Positions 29,730 to 39,608 of a DNA stretch of 64,000 nt are shown here, in pieces. This DNA comes from Candidatus Poribacteria bacterium. Its GTDB lineage: Bacteria > Poribacteria > WGA-4E > WGA-3G. The notes beneath the pieces are model-generated. The model worked only from the letters and a program-made list of their open reading frames with translations. It was not told where the DNA came from and ran no database searches. The stretch covers positions 384,001 to 448,000 of the forward strand of contig CBDANF010000003.1 in the NCBI GenBank assembly GCA_965197475.1, written 5' to 3'. The position numbers and the translations under genes were made by a program. How positions within the stretch are numbered: the stretch's first letter is position 1; every line of letters begins with the position of its first letter.

Positions 29730-30383
29730 TTAAACACGCCGCTCAATAGACCAATGCCGATCCGTGCTTTGCACCACAACAGCACCCGGCATATCCATCT
29801 GTGTCAGCATCTGATTAACTTCGGTCAGTGTAAACGAGGCAAGGAAGGAATCGTAATAGAGTTTCTGTTGGTAGGGAGTGTCATCAGCAGCATAGCGGTC
29901 AACAAACGCTTGCGCATCTGTCATCGTTTCAGGACGGATAAGGTCACGAATTAAAACCATGCCGTTTCCTTTGACAACTCTGCCCATCTCTTGAAGTGCT
30001 TTCATAGCATCATGGATATGATGCACAATGCTGTTGGAGATAAGTCCATCAAAAGTGTTGTCGGGATAGGGTAAGGTTTTGGCATCAACGTGTTCAAGTG
30101 TAATACGGTCAGTGAGACCGGCATCTGCGACGTGCCGTTTCGCTATCTTTAACATCTCTTCGGATAGGTCAATACCGGTGATGTGAATATCCGGACATTT
30201 TTGCGCAAGTAGAATCGGAATTTGTGCGGGACCTGTGCCGACATCAAGGAAATGTCCGGTTGACGCACCGAGTGCCATAACGCGATCAACAAAAGCATGG
30301 TCAACTTCACCGTGCCCCATCGCATCGTAAGCCTCGGCGGCTTCTGCTGTATCCATCACTTCTGGTTCTACAATTCGGTTCAT
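29730..30383 (-). CDS. Class I SAM-dependent methyltransferase
   Basis: LDVGTGPA, GIDLSEEML, DAKTLPY, SNSIVHH. Confidence 0.9.
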   Translation of the reverse strand: MNRIVEPEVMDTAEAAEAYDAMGHGEVDHAFVDRVMALGASTGHFLDVGTGPAQIPILLAQKCPDIHITGIDLSEEMLKIAKRHVADAGLTDRITLEHVDAKTLPYPDNTFDGLISNSIVHHIHDAMKALQEMGRVVKGNGMVLIRDLIRPETMTDAQAFVDRYAADDTPYQQKLYYDSFLASFTLTEVNQMLTQMDMPGAVVVQSTDRHWSIERRV

Positions 30384-31164
30384 TCCCCAATTCCTTGATG
30401 AGTTTAGCGACAGTCAGCGCGTTTTGCCGAATCTGGTCAGGTTGAAATTGGGTATACATCCCAACCGCCATCGCATCTGTCGGTTTGATGTTTTCAAGGG
30501 CAAACTGAAAAGCGTCATTTGGTTCGTTTCTGCCAGCCGCCAACACCTTTATGGCAATCACAGGCACTGACATCGCTTTGATGGTCGCAACTGCAGTATC
30601 ACGGTCACTCGGCAGATAGAGTTCTCTATGCTGTGTATGATTATACAACGCACAAACATAAAAGTCAACGTCATATTCTTCTGTGTAGCAATGTTTAAGG
30701 ATTTGCGGGTCATGTGTGCCGATACCAGCTGCACATCCGAGATCTCGAATACGGTTGAGGCTATCTTGAAGCAAATTGAGTCGTCCTTCAGCATACAACT
30801 TATCTGTGGTGCCTCCGTGATGGTAGATTGCAATCGGATGATAACGCGAAATAATTTTAAGATAAGCATTGAGGTCACTGTACTCTGTCGCCTTTGGTGT
30901 CTGTGCAATCCACTGAATAGTGCCACCCGCATTCCAATATTCGTTAAGCGTGCGCATGATGTGTTTGTCTGCACGAGCAAGCACGGTGTTGATCCCGTTC
31001 TGTTCCGCTTGTGCAAGGTCCGCCATAATTTGGCGTGTCGTATAGTAATCCTCCATCGCTTTTGAGGCAGCGAGGGAATAGTGCGAAATGCCACTATACG
31101 GATTACCACCGATTATGAGGCGCGTGACGCGATGCAATGCAATGGAAATTGTCGGTAATTTCAC
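30307..31164 (-). CDS. Conserved hypothetical protein, possibly aldo/keto-reductase-like TIM barrel
   Basis: VTRLIIGGNPYSGISH, PVIAIKVLAAGR; GTG start after AGGA. Confidence 0.65.
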   Translation of the reverse strand: MKLPTISIALHRVTRLIIGGNPYSGISHYSLAASKAMEDYYTTRQIMADLAQAEQNGINTVLARADKHIMRTLNEYWNAGGTIQWIAQTPKATEYSDLNAYLKIISRYHPIAIYHHGGTTDKLYAEGRLNLLQDSLNRIRDLGCAAGIGTHDPQILKHCYTEEYDVDFYVCALYNHTQHRELYLPSDRDTAVATIKAMSVPVIAIKVLAAGRNEPNDAFQFALENIKPTDAMAVGMYTQFQPDQIRQNALTVAKLIKELGNEPNCRTRSDGYSRSRRGLRCDGAR

Positions 31165-31237
31165 AGGACCAGTTCCTCAAATATTTAAAAAAGTCTGTTG
31201 GAAATTAAGCAGCCATGCTAAACTTAATAGTATAATA

Positions 31238-31252
31238 GCAATTTGTGTGCCA
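31238..31252 (-). promoter_or_regulatory. Sigma-54 (-24/-12) promoter
   Basis: TGGCAC-ACAAA-TTGC on the minus strand, upstream of the 31164 gene. Confidence 0.65.
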
Positions 31253-31349
31253 ATTTTTCTCATATATCAAAATCATTCGCATATACACCAAAACAAGCCA
31301 TCAGACAAGGAAAAAGAAATGCGAATGGGTTTTTGAAGATACTTCTAAC

Positions 31350-31395
31350 TGCACAAAATGGGGCGTAGTAACACACAAATGCACAAATTTGTGCA
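31350..31395. promoter_or_regulatory. Paired enhancer-like sites (TGCAC-N6-GGGCG and TGCAC-N6-GTGCA), 30 bp apart
   Basis: Perfect palindrome TGCACAAATTTGTGCA at 31380-31395; same arrangement at 39101/39131. Confidence 0.6.
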
Positions 31396-31455
31396 GAAGC
31401 AATGAATATTACCAAGTCATGCAATTCACTAAAGTGTTTGTGATTCTTTCAATTC

Positions 31456-31470
31456 TGGCACGAAAATTGC
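31456..31470 (+). promoter_or_regulatory. Sigma-54 (-24/-12) promoter for the alpha-2-macroglobulin gene
   Basis: TGGCAC-GAAAA-TTGC. Confidence 0.7.
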
Positions 31471-31566
31471 GCCAAATTCTTGCAACAAATGCTTTTTGAC
31501 ACAACCCAGTCACATAGGTAAAATTTTGTAAGTTCGACTCTCTCACTAACATAGGAGGCATTCCTC

Positions 31567-34500
31567 ATGAAATCCGACATTTCCAAAAAAATCATAATAG
31601 GTTTAATAGCGGTTATATCCTTTACTGCTTTTTACTGCTCAATACGGATTGTTAATGCCAAAGAGGTAGATGAATCGGAATTCACTGTAAAATCGTTCGT
31701 ACACGGTTCTGAGGTTGATGGAGCGGCTGATTTTTTGATAACACTCTCTAAACCCATAATTGATGAAAATCTACTTTTCACTGAATTGCCGAGTAATGCA
31801 ATTCAGATCACACCGGAACTTCAAGGAAAAGCAAGATGGGTGGCACGCAATAAAATCGGTTTCTATTTAGAAAGTGCTTTGGCACCATCTGTTAATTACA
31901 CTTTTGAACTTTCAACAAAACTGAATCCAACTGCTGATTTTGTTCTCACGGGGAAGCAAAAGTTTACCTATTCAACAGAACCATTTAAGGTGGAACGCGC
32001 TGAGATTGGCTTCCAATATGATAAAGACCTCAAGAAAGCAAAAGCTGTTGGGACAGTAAACTTTAATTACGCTGTCAACATTGCAGGTTTAGAGGAGTTC
32101 CTTTCAATTTTAACGGGAAGTGGTGTTGATGTTCCTTATATCTTCCAGACACAAAACCCTATTACGAGAACTGTTCTCATAGAAATTGAAGACATTTTAC
32201 CACTACTTGAAGGACGATACCTGCAGGTGCAAATTGGGAAAGGATTTAAATGCACGGGGACAGAAATCGGACTTAAAGAGGCAAACGTCGCACCAATACA
32301 ACTTGGTAATGTAAAAGAACTTCGGGTTAATCGGGCAGAGTTTGAACAGAGAGACAGCGCACCATTTATCTGGCTTAGTTTCAGTTCACCAATCACACTT
32401 GATATGTTTCAAGGACTTACGAGTGTTGAACCATCACTCCCGTTTCAGTTAGTCGCGCGTCATCGTGAATTAGAAATTCACGGAGATTTCGAGTTTCGTT
32501 CCGACTATACGGTGAACATTAAACGCGGTATAGCATCGGCAGATGGGTCTATTTTAAGAGACACTTTTGTAAAAAGACTAACAGTTCCCGATCTTCATCC
32601 GAGAATCCGTTTTACGGATAAGTCATTTTTCCTTCCGAGAAAAGGTTCTCTGAAGTTCAATCTTGCAACAACCAACATAGAACAAGTTGGATACGGTATT
32701 GCGAAGGTCTATCTCTCCAGTTTACCGACTCTGGTTCATCAAGGCGAACTTGCCATTGAGTCACGCTTGAACCAAGAGGTAATCACATCACTACCGCTAA
32801 AGGATTTCCTGACAGATAAACAGGCGGGTATTTTCAAGGTAGTAGTTCATTCTGATAAAGGCAGGGCAGGCTACGCAGAACGATTGATTGTAGTTACAGA
32901 CCTCGGCATTGTCGCCAAAAGAATTGATGAGGAATTATGGGTTTGGGTCAATTCGCTTGACTCTTTAGATCCTATTTCACAGGCGAAAGTTCATCTGATT
33001 GATAATCGTGATAAGGATACACTGCTCACGGGAAAAACTGATGTCGCGGGTTTTGTCAAATTCGCCTTAACTCCTGAACTGCTTGAAAAGAATCCTCAAT
33101 TCCTGCTCACTGTCACGAAAGGGGATGACTTCTCCCTCCTGCAATTACAGCGACACCAAATTCCAACGCACGGATTCAATGTCGGCGGAGCACCTTATTT
33201 AGCAGATGGACATGAAGCGTTTCTCTACACGGAGCGCGGTGTGTACCGTCCTGGAGAAACAGTTAATCTCGTCGGAATTGTACGCGGTAAAAACAGTGAA
33301 ACACCCGAGTCGCTTCCGATACGGATTGACATTTTAACCCCACATCAAACTACACTGCAAGAATTTCAGAAGCAGACAGATAAAGAGGGTGCTTGCGAAG
33401 TCCAGATCCCCATTCCTGCATATTCTCCAACAGGTTGGTATGCCGCCAGAATGTGGTCTGCGAAAAAACAGATAGGATATGTTTCGTTTCAAGTTGAAGA
33501 ATTTATGCCTGATCGGATGAAAGTCTCGGTAGAAGCAGATAAAGATTCCTATATGCTGGGGGACGAGGTCAATTTGGAAGTAAAAGCGTTGAATCTCTAC
33601 GGCACACCAGCAGTTGGAAGGAAAGTTAATGCTTCTTATAACCTTCAAAAAGTGCCTTATGTGCCTCCTGAGAAGTGGCGTTCGTTCAATTTCTCCGATT
33701 CAACACGTACTTTTCAGCATGACTGGGTGAGCCTTGATGCAGCTATAACCAACATAGATGGAAAAGTTACGTATCAGTTTACGCTTCCTGAAGATCTGAA
33801 ACCACCATCTGCGCTAAGCGGCTATGTCCAAACATCGGTTCAGGAATTTGGCGGGCGCGCTGTTGCTGCAACAAAATGGATTTCTATCCATCCATACTCC
33901 CATTATATTGGCATTAAACGTCCAAAGTCGGGAACGGTTAAGCGGAATGAAAAGGTCACATTCAACTATATTTCGATTGATCCGGAAGGAAGTCCTGCCG
34001 CCGGACGAACTTTGAAGGTGACAATTTCAGCAATTGATAACTCACATCGCTGGAGAACACAAGCCAAACCTACTGTTACGCAATTAGAGACTCGCACCTT
34101 AACATCGGCTAAGGACGAAGCAGATTTCAGTTTCACACCCGCTGCGTACGGTGTACATCGCGTAGAAATTGAGGATGTTAATAGTGGCGCGAAAACGTCA
34201 ACACAATTTTATGTCTCAGAGTGGGGTGGTGTACCGTGGTCAATGGAGAAACCTGACACGCTCGAAATGACACTTGATAAAGACTCATATCGTCCTGGGG
34301 AAAAGGCGAAATTGCATATTAAACCGCCCTTTCCCGGCAAGGTGTTGCTAACAATTGAGCAAGAGAAAGTGTTGAGTTACCAGACGATCATAGTAAAAGA
34401 AAACACGGCAACTTTGACGATTCCTGTTCAGGATATTTATGCTCCCAACGTATATCTTTCGGCAACGCTAATACGTTCCACAACATCTCTGGAAAAGGAC

Positions 34501-37035
34501 GCACCCGCGCGCGCATTTGGCATCATTTCGTTGAAACTTGATGCAGAATCGCACCAACTAAAAGTTGAAATTGACGCACCTGAACAGATTCGACCGAACC
34601 GTGAGGTGGACATAAAGTTTAGGGTGCAAGGTGAACGTAAAGGAAAACCTTACAGAGTTGCCATCGCCGCCGTTGATGAAGGTATTCTCCAGTTGACAGG
34701 AACGCAAACACCTAAACCACACGCTTATTTTTATCAACAGAGAAGGCTTGAATCCATTTCTTATGAGTTCTATACTGCAATTACGAAGGACAACCAATTT
34801 CCTATCAAGCCGATTGAATCGCTTGACGATTTGATGAAATTGGCAATTTCAGAAGCTGCAAAGGCACAGATGATGCGGATATCGCAAATCTTAGTAGAAA
34901 GTCATGCTGACACAGTAGCTTTTAGTCTTGCAGGTGGTCGGCTTAACACTGATACTGTAGTTCGGGTTACATCGGTGTCGCTCTGGTCAGGTTTAATGAC
35001 AACCGATGCAAATGGACACGGCAGCGTCCGTTTTAAGATACCCCAATTCAACGGTACATTGCGGGTGATGGCAGTTGCCTTTTCCGGTGCGGATTACGGT
35101 TCAGCCACGGAAAAAATCCAGGTACGTGATCCGGTGGTGCTAACACCGACTTTCCCACGTTTCCTCTCCGGCGGCGATCAAATTCGCGTCCCTGTTTCCG
35201 TTTTTAATGGCACTGCTAATAAAGGCGACTTTTCTGTTAAATTAAAAGCAACCGGTCCTGTTCAACTGCTTACAGAAAACGGTTCTATTAACCACTCGGT
35301 TATTGTGAAGGAGGATTCCCTTCAGAAACAGATGGAGATTGCAGCGGGTAAGGAGGGGCAACTCTTTTTTGACGTTATTGCACACGATGCAGTCGGCATA
35401 GTTACGTTTAATCTATCAGCATCTGGCAATGGCGAAGAGATACAATATGCGCCTGTTCGTCTCCCGCTTCGGTCAGCGGCACCACCAGTCACAAAGACAG
35501 GACAAGGTGTTGTCCGAGAGGATGAACCCGCAGATTTTATTTTCCCCTCAAATCTGAGAGCAGACACCTCAGAGTTTATGGTGACGCTGTCTCCTCTTCC
35601 TGCTGTTAGGTTTGCCAATGGACTTCGCTATCTGGTACAGTATCCGCATGGATGTCTTGAACAAACAACAAGCCGTGTTTTCCCACTACTCTATCTTAGC
35701 GATCTCGCGCGGGTCGTTGAACCCGCACTGGCAGAGGAAGGGAAAATTGACAAATACATTGAGGCGGGTATCACAAAATTAGAAAATATGCTGACACCAG
35801 AGCATCATTTTGCCTACTGGCCCGGAAGGTCCAACGTCAACAATTGGAGCAGCATCTATGCCTCCCATTTTTTGGTTGAAGCGCGAAAGGCAGGGCACAA
35901 GGTTTCCCCACTTGTTCACAACAGGATGCTTGAAGGGTTGAGACATCAAGCGAGAAGCAGTGGAAGTATCAATAAGCCAAACGAAAAATCAGATAGGTAT
36001 AGCCTCGCGCAAGCGGCTTATGCCTGCTATGTGTTGGCAGCAGCCGATCAACCTGAAACACCTGTGATGCATTATCTGAAAAATAATCGTTTAAGCGAGC
36101 TTAACGATTACAGTCAATTTCAACTTGCAGGCGCGTTCGCGCTTAGTGGTGAGGTCAAGTTAGCACTATCAATGCTGCCAGATTCAATAGAATTTGAAAA
36201 TACGGGACGACGAGAAACAGGGCGGAATTTTGACTCACCTATTCGCGCGCAAGCCATCATGCTGGATGTGCTCATAGAAGTCAAGGAAAACCACCCCGCA
36301 ATCCCTAAACTCGTTGAAAACCTAACCAATGCAGCGTCAAAAGGGCAACGGTGGGCTACTACACAAGAGAACGCCTTTGCTTTGCTGGCTCTCGGTAAGT
36401 TCCTGAATAAACAACCACATCAGAAGTTTACTGGAACAATTACGCGAAATGATGCACACCTCGCAAACTTTGATTCAACCGGAACACAGCATATTGGATC
36501 TGACTGGGATGGCGCGCACATGAAACTAACGGTAAAGGGAAAAGGCACATGCTACTATTATTGGGAAGCTTTCGGCATTAGTAGGGATTCCTATATTGAG
36601 GAATATGGGCGAGAATTGCAGATAAACCGCCGCTATCTTACACCTGACGGATCCCGAGTCAAAAACGTTTTTCAGCAAGGAAAGTTAGTAATAGCTGAGA
36701 TTACCGTCAAAGCTCTGACAAGCGATCTTGAAAACGTAGTGGTTGTTGATATGTTGCCTGCAGGCTTTGAAATTGAAAATCCTCGATTGATAACCCGCGG
36801 CGGTGCATCTTGGTCTAATGACAAACAAGCATTTACGCCTAATTATATGGACATACGCGATGACCGTCTTCTCTTCTATGGGACATTTCAATATCAACGG
36901 GAGCAAAAGTTTTATTACGCACTCCGCGCGGTAACGCAAGGAACATTTACTGTCCCGCCTGTCTCTGCTGAAGCGATGTACGACCCAACGAAATCAGCAG
37001 TAGCATCAAGTGGGACAATTCAGGTTATTAAATAG
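31567..37035 (+). CDS. Bacterial alpha-2-macroglobulin family protein
   Basis: YTERGVYRPGETV, LDKDSYRPGE, AAVDEGIL, thioester motif YPHGCLEQ, C-terminal AEAMYDP. Confidence 0.95.
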   Translation: MKSDISKKIIIGLIAVISFTAFYCSIRIVNAKEVDESEFTVKSFVHGSEVDGAADFLITLSKPIIDENLLFTELPSNAIQITPELQGKARWVARNKIGFYLESALAPSVNYTFELSTKLNPTADFVLTGKQKFTYSTEPFKVERAEIGFQYDKDLKKAKAVGTVNFNYAVNIAGLEEFLSILTGSGVDVPYIFQTQNPITRTVLIEIEDILPLLEGRYLQVQIGKGFKCTGTEIGLKEANVAPIQLGNVKELRVNRAEFEQRDSAPFIWLSFSSPITLDMFQGLTSVEPSLPFQLVARHRELEIHGDFEFRSDYTVNIKRGIASADGSILRDTFVKRLTVPDLHPRIRFTDKSFFLPRKGSLKFNLATTNIEQVGYGIAKVYLSSLPTLVHQGELAIESRLNQEVITSLPLKDFLTDKQAGIFKVVVHSDKGRAGYAERLIVVTDLGIVAKRIDEELWVWVNSLDSLDPISQAKVHLIDNRDKDTLLTGKTDVAGFVKFALTPELLEKNPQFLLTVTKGDDFSLLQLQRHQIPTHGFNVGGAPYLADGHEAFLYTERGVYRPGETVNLVGIVRGKNSETPESLPIRIDILTPHQTTLQEFQKQTDKEGACEVQIPIPAYSPTGWYAARMWSAKKQIGYVSFQVEEFMPDRMKVSVEADKDSYMLGDEVNLEVKALNLYGTPAVGRKVNASYNLQKVPYVPPEKWRSFNFSDSTRTFQHDWVSLDAAITNIDGKVTYQFTLPEDLKPPSALSGYVQTSVQEFGGRAVAATKWISIHPYSHYIGIKRPKSGTVKRNEKVTFNYISIDPEGSPAAGRTLKVTISAIDNSHRWRTQAKPTVTQLETRTLTSAKDEADFSFTPAAYGVHRVEIEDVNSGAKTSTQFYVSEWGGVPWSMEKPDTLEMTLDKDSYRPGEKAKLHIKPPFPGKVLLTIEQEKVLSYQTIIVKENTATLTIPVQDIYAPNVYLSATLIRSTTSLEKDAPARAFGIISLKLDAESHQLKVEIDAPEQIRPNREVDIKFRVQGERKGKPYRVAIAAVDEGILQLTGTQTPKPHAYFYQQRRLESISYEFYTAITKDNQFPIKPIESLDDLMKLAISEAAKAQMMRISQILVESHADTVAFSLAGGRLNTDTVVRVTSVSLWSGLMTTDANGHGSVRFKIPQFNGTLRVMAVAFSGADYGSATEKIQVRDPVVLTPTFPRFLSGGDQIRVPVSVFNGTANKGDFSVKLKATGPVQLLTENGSINHSVIVKEDSLQKQMEIAAGKEGQLFFDVIAHDAVGIVTFNLSASGNGEEIQYAPVRLPLRSAAPPVTKTGQGVVREDEPADFIFPSNLRADTSEFMVTLSPLPAVRFANGLRYLVQYPHGCLEQTTSRVFPLLYLSDLARVVEPALAEEGKIDKYIEAGITKLENMLTPEHHFAYWPGRSNVNNWSSIYASHFLVEARKAGHKVSPLVHNRMLEGLRHQARSSGSINKPNEKSDRYSLAQAAYACYVLAAADQPETPVMHYLKNNRLSELNDYSQFQLAGAFALSGEVKLALSMLPDSIEFENTGRRETGRNFDSPIRAQAIMLDVLIEVKENHPAIPKLVENLTNAASKGQRWATTQENAFALLALGKFLNKQPHQKFTGTITRNDAHLANFDSTGTQHIGSDWDGAHMKLTVKGKGTCYYYWEAFGISRDSYIEEYGRELQINRRYLTPDGSRVKNVFQQGKLVIAEITVKALTSDLENVVVVDMLPAGFEIENPRLITRGGASWSNDKQAFTPNYMDIRDDRLLFYGTFQYQREQKFYYALRAVTQGTFTVPPVSAEAMYDPTKSAVASSGTIQVIK

Positions 37036-37104
37036 TGGAAGGCGAGATGACGGTGTACTCGGTTTTGAACCGAATTAATAGGTAAAGGGTGAGGCACGGA
37101 TTCT

Positions 37105-37401
37105 CCCATAAGTGTAAATTACAGAAAAGCACTACGCACTTCCGCTCCAGCGGAGCGGTATGTCTATAGCACCTATGAAACACTCTCTTTAGCACCAGCG
37201 GTGCGAAAGGTGTATAGAAAGGCGGCAATACCCTTCTTTAGCACCAGCGGTGCGAAAGGTGTATCACAACACACGTATAATCTACACTTGTCGCCCCTCT
37301 GGGGCTTGAGTTGGTAGGGGTCGCGTGTCTATACACCTGTTGCCCCTCTGGGCTTAGATATCCAAAATATAGGTTTATTTCCTTAAATTGACACCTATGG
37401 G
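37105..37401. mobile_element. Composite MITE/repeat cassette: CCCATA(A/G)GTGT(A/C)AATT TIRs enclosing 3 direct and 2 inverted GCNCCAGNGGNGC...TAT units
   Basis: TIR matches at 14/16; TCTTTAGCACCAGCGGTGCGAAAGGTGTAT occurs at 37186 and 37235; inverted GCCCCTCTGGGGCTT units follow. Confidence 0.6.
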
Positions 37402-37566
37402 TTTCGCGTTCGCTCTACCCGACCTACGAAATAATGCAGTACCGTCACATAGAAATGGTATTGTTTGTCATTGAATCTACGATACAAGTAATATATTGTG
37501 TTGGGTTCCTCTAAGTGCTCAAGTCAAACTCACGTTATAATGAGTTGGTTCGTAGCCGCAAAGGGT

Positions 37567-38781
37567 TCATCTTTGTGAATCTTCCGGTGCAGCTAACACG
37601 CAGACATAGTCTTCACCAACAGCTATGCTAATCGGGTGTTGATCCTGAAACGTTGTTGCAGATAAAAAACGAGGGTTTTCTTGCACATCAAGGTGAATTA
37701 TAGAAAGGAAGCCTTTTGCGTTTGCTACGTAAAGCAACTTCCGCGAAATTTGAAAATCTGTAATTGGTCCCAATAGCTGGTTTCCCTCAAAGTTTATTGT
37801 TTCGGACTGCTGATCTTGCGTGACAAGATGAATCTTGGTTGAACTCTCAATAAAAGCATTTGTGGGTTTTCCGTGGGTGCCCGTCTTTTTCCCAGTCAAG
37901 TAGAGATAAGCGAGATAGTTCACCTCTAAGTTGTAGTGCTCAAGCCACTCCCACATAATAGGGCGATATTGGTCCTCTTCCCAGACAATCGTAATATCGC
38001 GATCTGGATATCTATAACTCGCAAATACCAGATAATCTCCGAAAACTCGGACTTTCTCAGATCTACCACTTAGCTCTAAAAGGTCGGTTCGATCTGAGAG
38101 GGCCGCCCAACCATAATCACTATTGGTCCTATGCTTCAGCAGAATCTGTTCTACTCCTGCCCCTATTGCTCTAACGCCTACTAACGAGGATGGTGATAGT
38201 ATCTCAACAGCTTCAACGAATCGGGCATTCCCGTCAGATACGGAATAAATGTATAGATAGTCATTAACATCCATCACATATAGATGGGATGAATGGATAT
38301 CGAATTCGCTTATTACATTTGAAGGGTGTAAACTCACCGTGGATTGAATCACGGGGTGAAGTGGATTGGAAACATCTACGAGATAAATCTTATGACGGCT
38401 TGCTACAAATACCTGATCTCCAGATACACGCGCCTTGCCAATTTCATCAGGGAAGACGATTGATGTCAGATAGGATGGCTGTTGCAGGTTAGAAACATCA
38501 ATGACGTGCAGATGCCTTTCTGTTGAGACATACGCGTGTTTTCCTGCAAGAACGACAGTGTTGTTTGGACCGGAGCGGAACGGTAAATCAATAGAACCAG
38601 CGAGTGTCGGATTTTTCACGTCTGTAGTGTCTACGACAGTAAAAACGCTTTCTTGCGGTTTTTCAGTGGCAACCGTTTTTTCACTCTGTTCAAGAACACG
38701 CAAGCTGCACCCCATGTTAATAATAACGGTTAGCATTACGATGACAAACGCAAAACTTGATTTAGCAAAAACTTTTCGCAC
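37567..38781 (-). CDS. LVIVD-repeat (beta-propeller) putative lipoprotein
   Basis: Hydrophobic leader ending NMGC; repeats such as LHVIDVSN and IYLVDVSNP; AAGGAG RBS. Confidence 0.75.
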   Translation of the reverse strand: MRKVFAKSSFAFVIVMLTVIINMGCSLRVLEQSEKTVATEKPQESVFTVVDTTDVKNPTLAGSIDLPFRSGPNNTVVLAGKHAYVSTERHLHVIDVSNLQQPSYLTSIVFPDEIGKARVSGDQVFVASRHKIYLVDVSNPLHPVIQSTVSLHPSNVISEFDIHSSHLYVMDVNDYLYIYSVSDGNARFVEAVEILSPSSLVGVRAIGAGVEQILLKHRTNSDYGWAALSDRTDLLELSGRSEKVRVFGDYLVFASYRYPDRDITIVWEEDQYRPIMWEWLEHYNLEVNYLAYLYLTGKKTGTHGKPTNAFIESSTKIHLVTQDQQSETINFEGNQLLGPITDFQISRKLLYVANAKGFLSIIHLDVQENPRFLSATTFQDQHPISIAVGEDYVCVLAAPEDSQR

Positions 38782-38892
38782 TGTTTTTTCTCCTTGTAAT
38801 AATTTGTCCTAATGATATTTTGTTTATTCTACTGTTAGCGTAATTGAAACCTTTTCAAACCTCACAAGTAAAAACTATGGACTTTACTATTT

Positions 38893-39014
38893 CAGGACTT
38901 ACGCAGCTGGTTCACAAGTCCCCTTGATAAGGGGGATTTAGGGGGTTAAAATACCGAAATAACAACTTTTTAAGTCCAATATTTCCTTTTTCTACTCAAT
39001 TTGCGTAAGTCCTG
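38893..39014. mobile_element. MITE with CAGGACTTACGCA...TGCGTAAGTCCTG TIRs (copy 2)
   Basis: 13-bp perfect TIR, 5-bp TSD TATTT on both sides; first ~55 bp nearly identical to copy 1. Confidence 0.85.
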
Positions 39015-39034
39015 TATTTGCTATCCGTGTATGC

Positions 39035-39049
39035 GCAATTTCTGTGCCA
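39035..39049 (-). promoter_or_regulatory. Sigma-54 (-24/-12) promoter for the LVIVD gene
   Basis: TGGCAC-AGAAA-TTGC on the minus strand. Confidence 0.65.
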
Positions 39050-39100
39050 ATGTCAAATACCCTAAACATGCCGATAAATCTGGTATATCAACGTTTGAAT

Positions 39101-39146
39101 TGCACGAAAAGGGACAAACGGAGAGATGACTGCACGATTTTGTGCA
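39101..39146. promoter_or_regulatory. Paired enhancer-like sites (TGCAC-N6-GGACA and TGCAC-N6-GTGCA), 30 bp apart
   Basis: Same spacing and trailing GAAGC as at 31350/31380. Confidence 0.6.
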
Positions 39147-39228
39147 GAAGCGGATGGAAAAGTAAAGGGGTTACGGGACAACAGCAGGGCGTTTACCGAG
39201 TGTGTAAAGTTTTTGTCAATTTCTGAAT

Positions 39229-39264
39229 CGCGGATTATGCGGATTACACGGATTGCGCGGATTT
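39229..39264 (+). repeat. Four tandem 9-bp NNCGGATTN repeats
   Basis: cgcggatta tgcggatta cacggattg cgcggattt. Confidence 0.7.
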
Positions 39265-39608
39265 TTGGAAACTGGGTGTCAAATCAATGGCAAATGCGCG
39301 CTTGATATATTGGAAATCGGGGTTGAAAACCCGCCGAATGCCTTATGTGCATGAGGCGTTGATTCACTCCTACAAGAGAAAGGGAATGGTTAATGCCAAG
39401 AACTTTACACACTCCTGATAAAATACCCATTTGTGTTTCAAGATGTTTTGTGTTATCATATAAAACATGAGTACCAACTCACAAAAACCTGTGTATTGAA
39501 ACCTCGTTCGTATACACTGTGATAATGTTCCTTACTGTCAAGGTTGTAATTTCACCAAAACATTACACTTTGTTTCTAATCGGATACGTTCATATAGGGA
39601 GAAATCAA

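Noticed and set aside
30307-30383. 77-bp overlap of the hypothetical gene with the methyltransferase gene
   Set aside because: Most simply a lost stop or single-base slip near the ATGA junction; no evidence of functional dual coding.
37140-37360. Possible CRISPR array
   Set aside because: Only two identical units, spacers ~19 bp, later units inverted, enclosed by TIRs, and no cas genes in the window.
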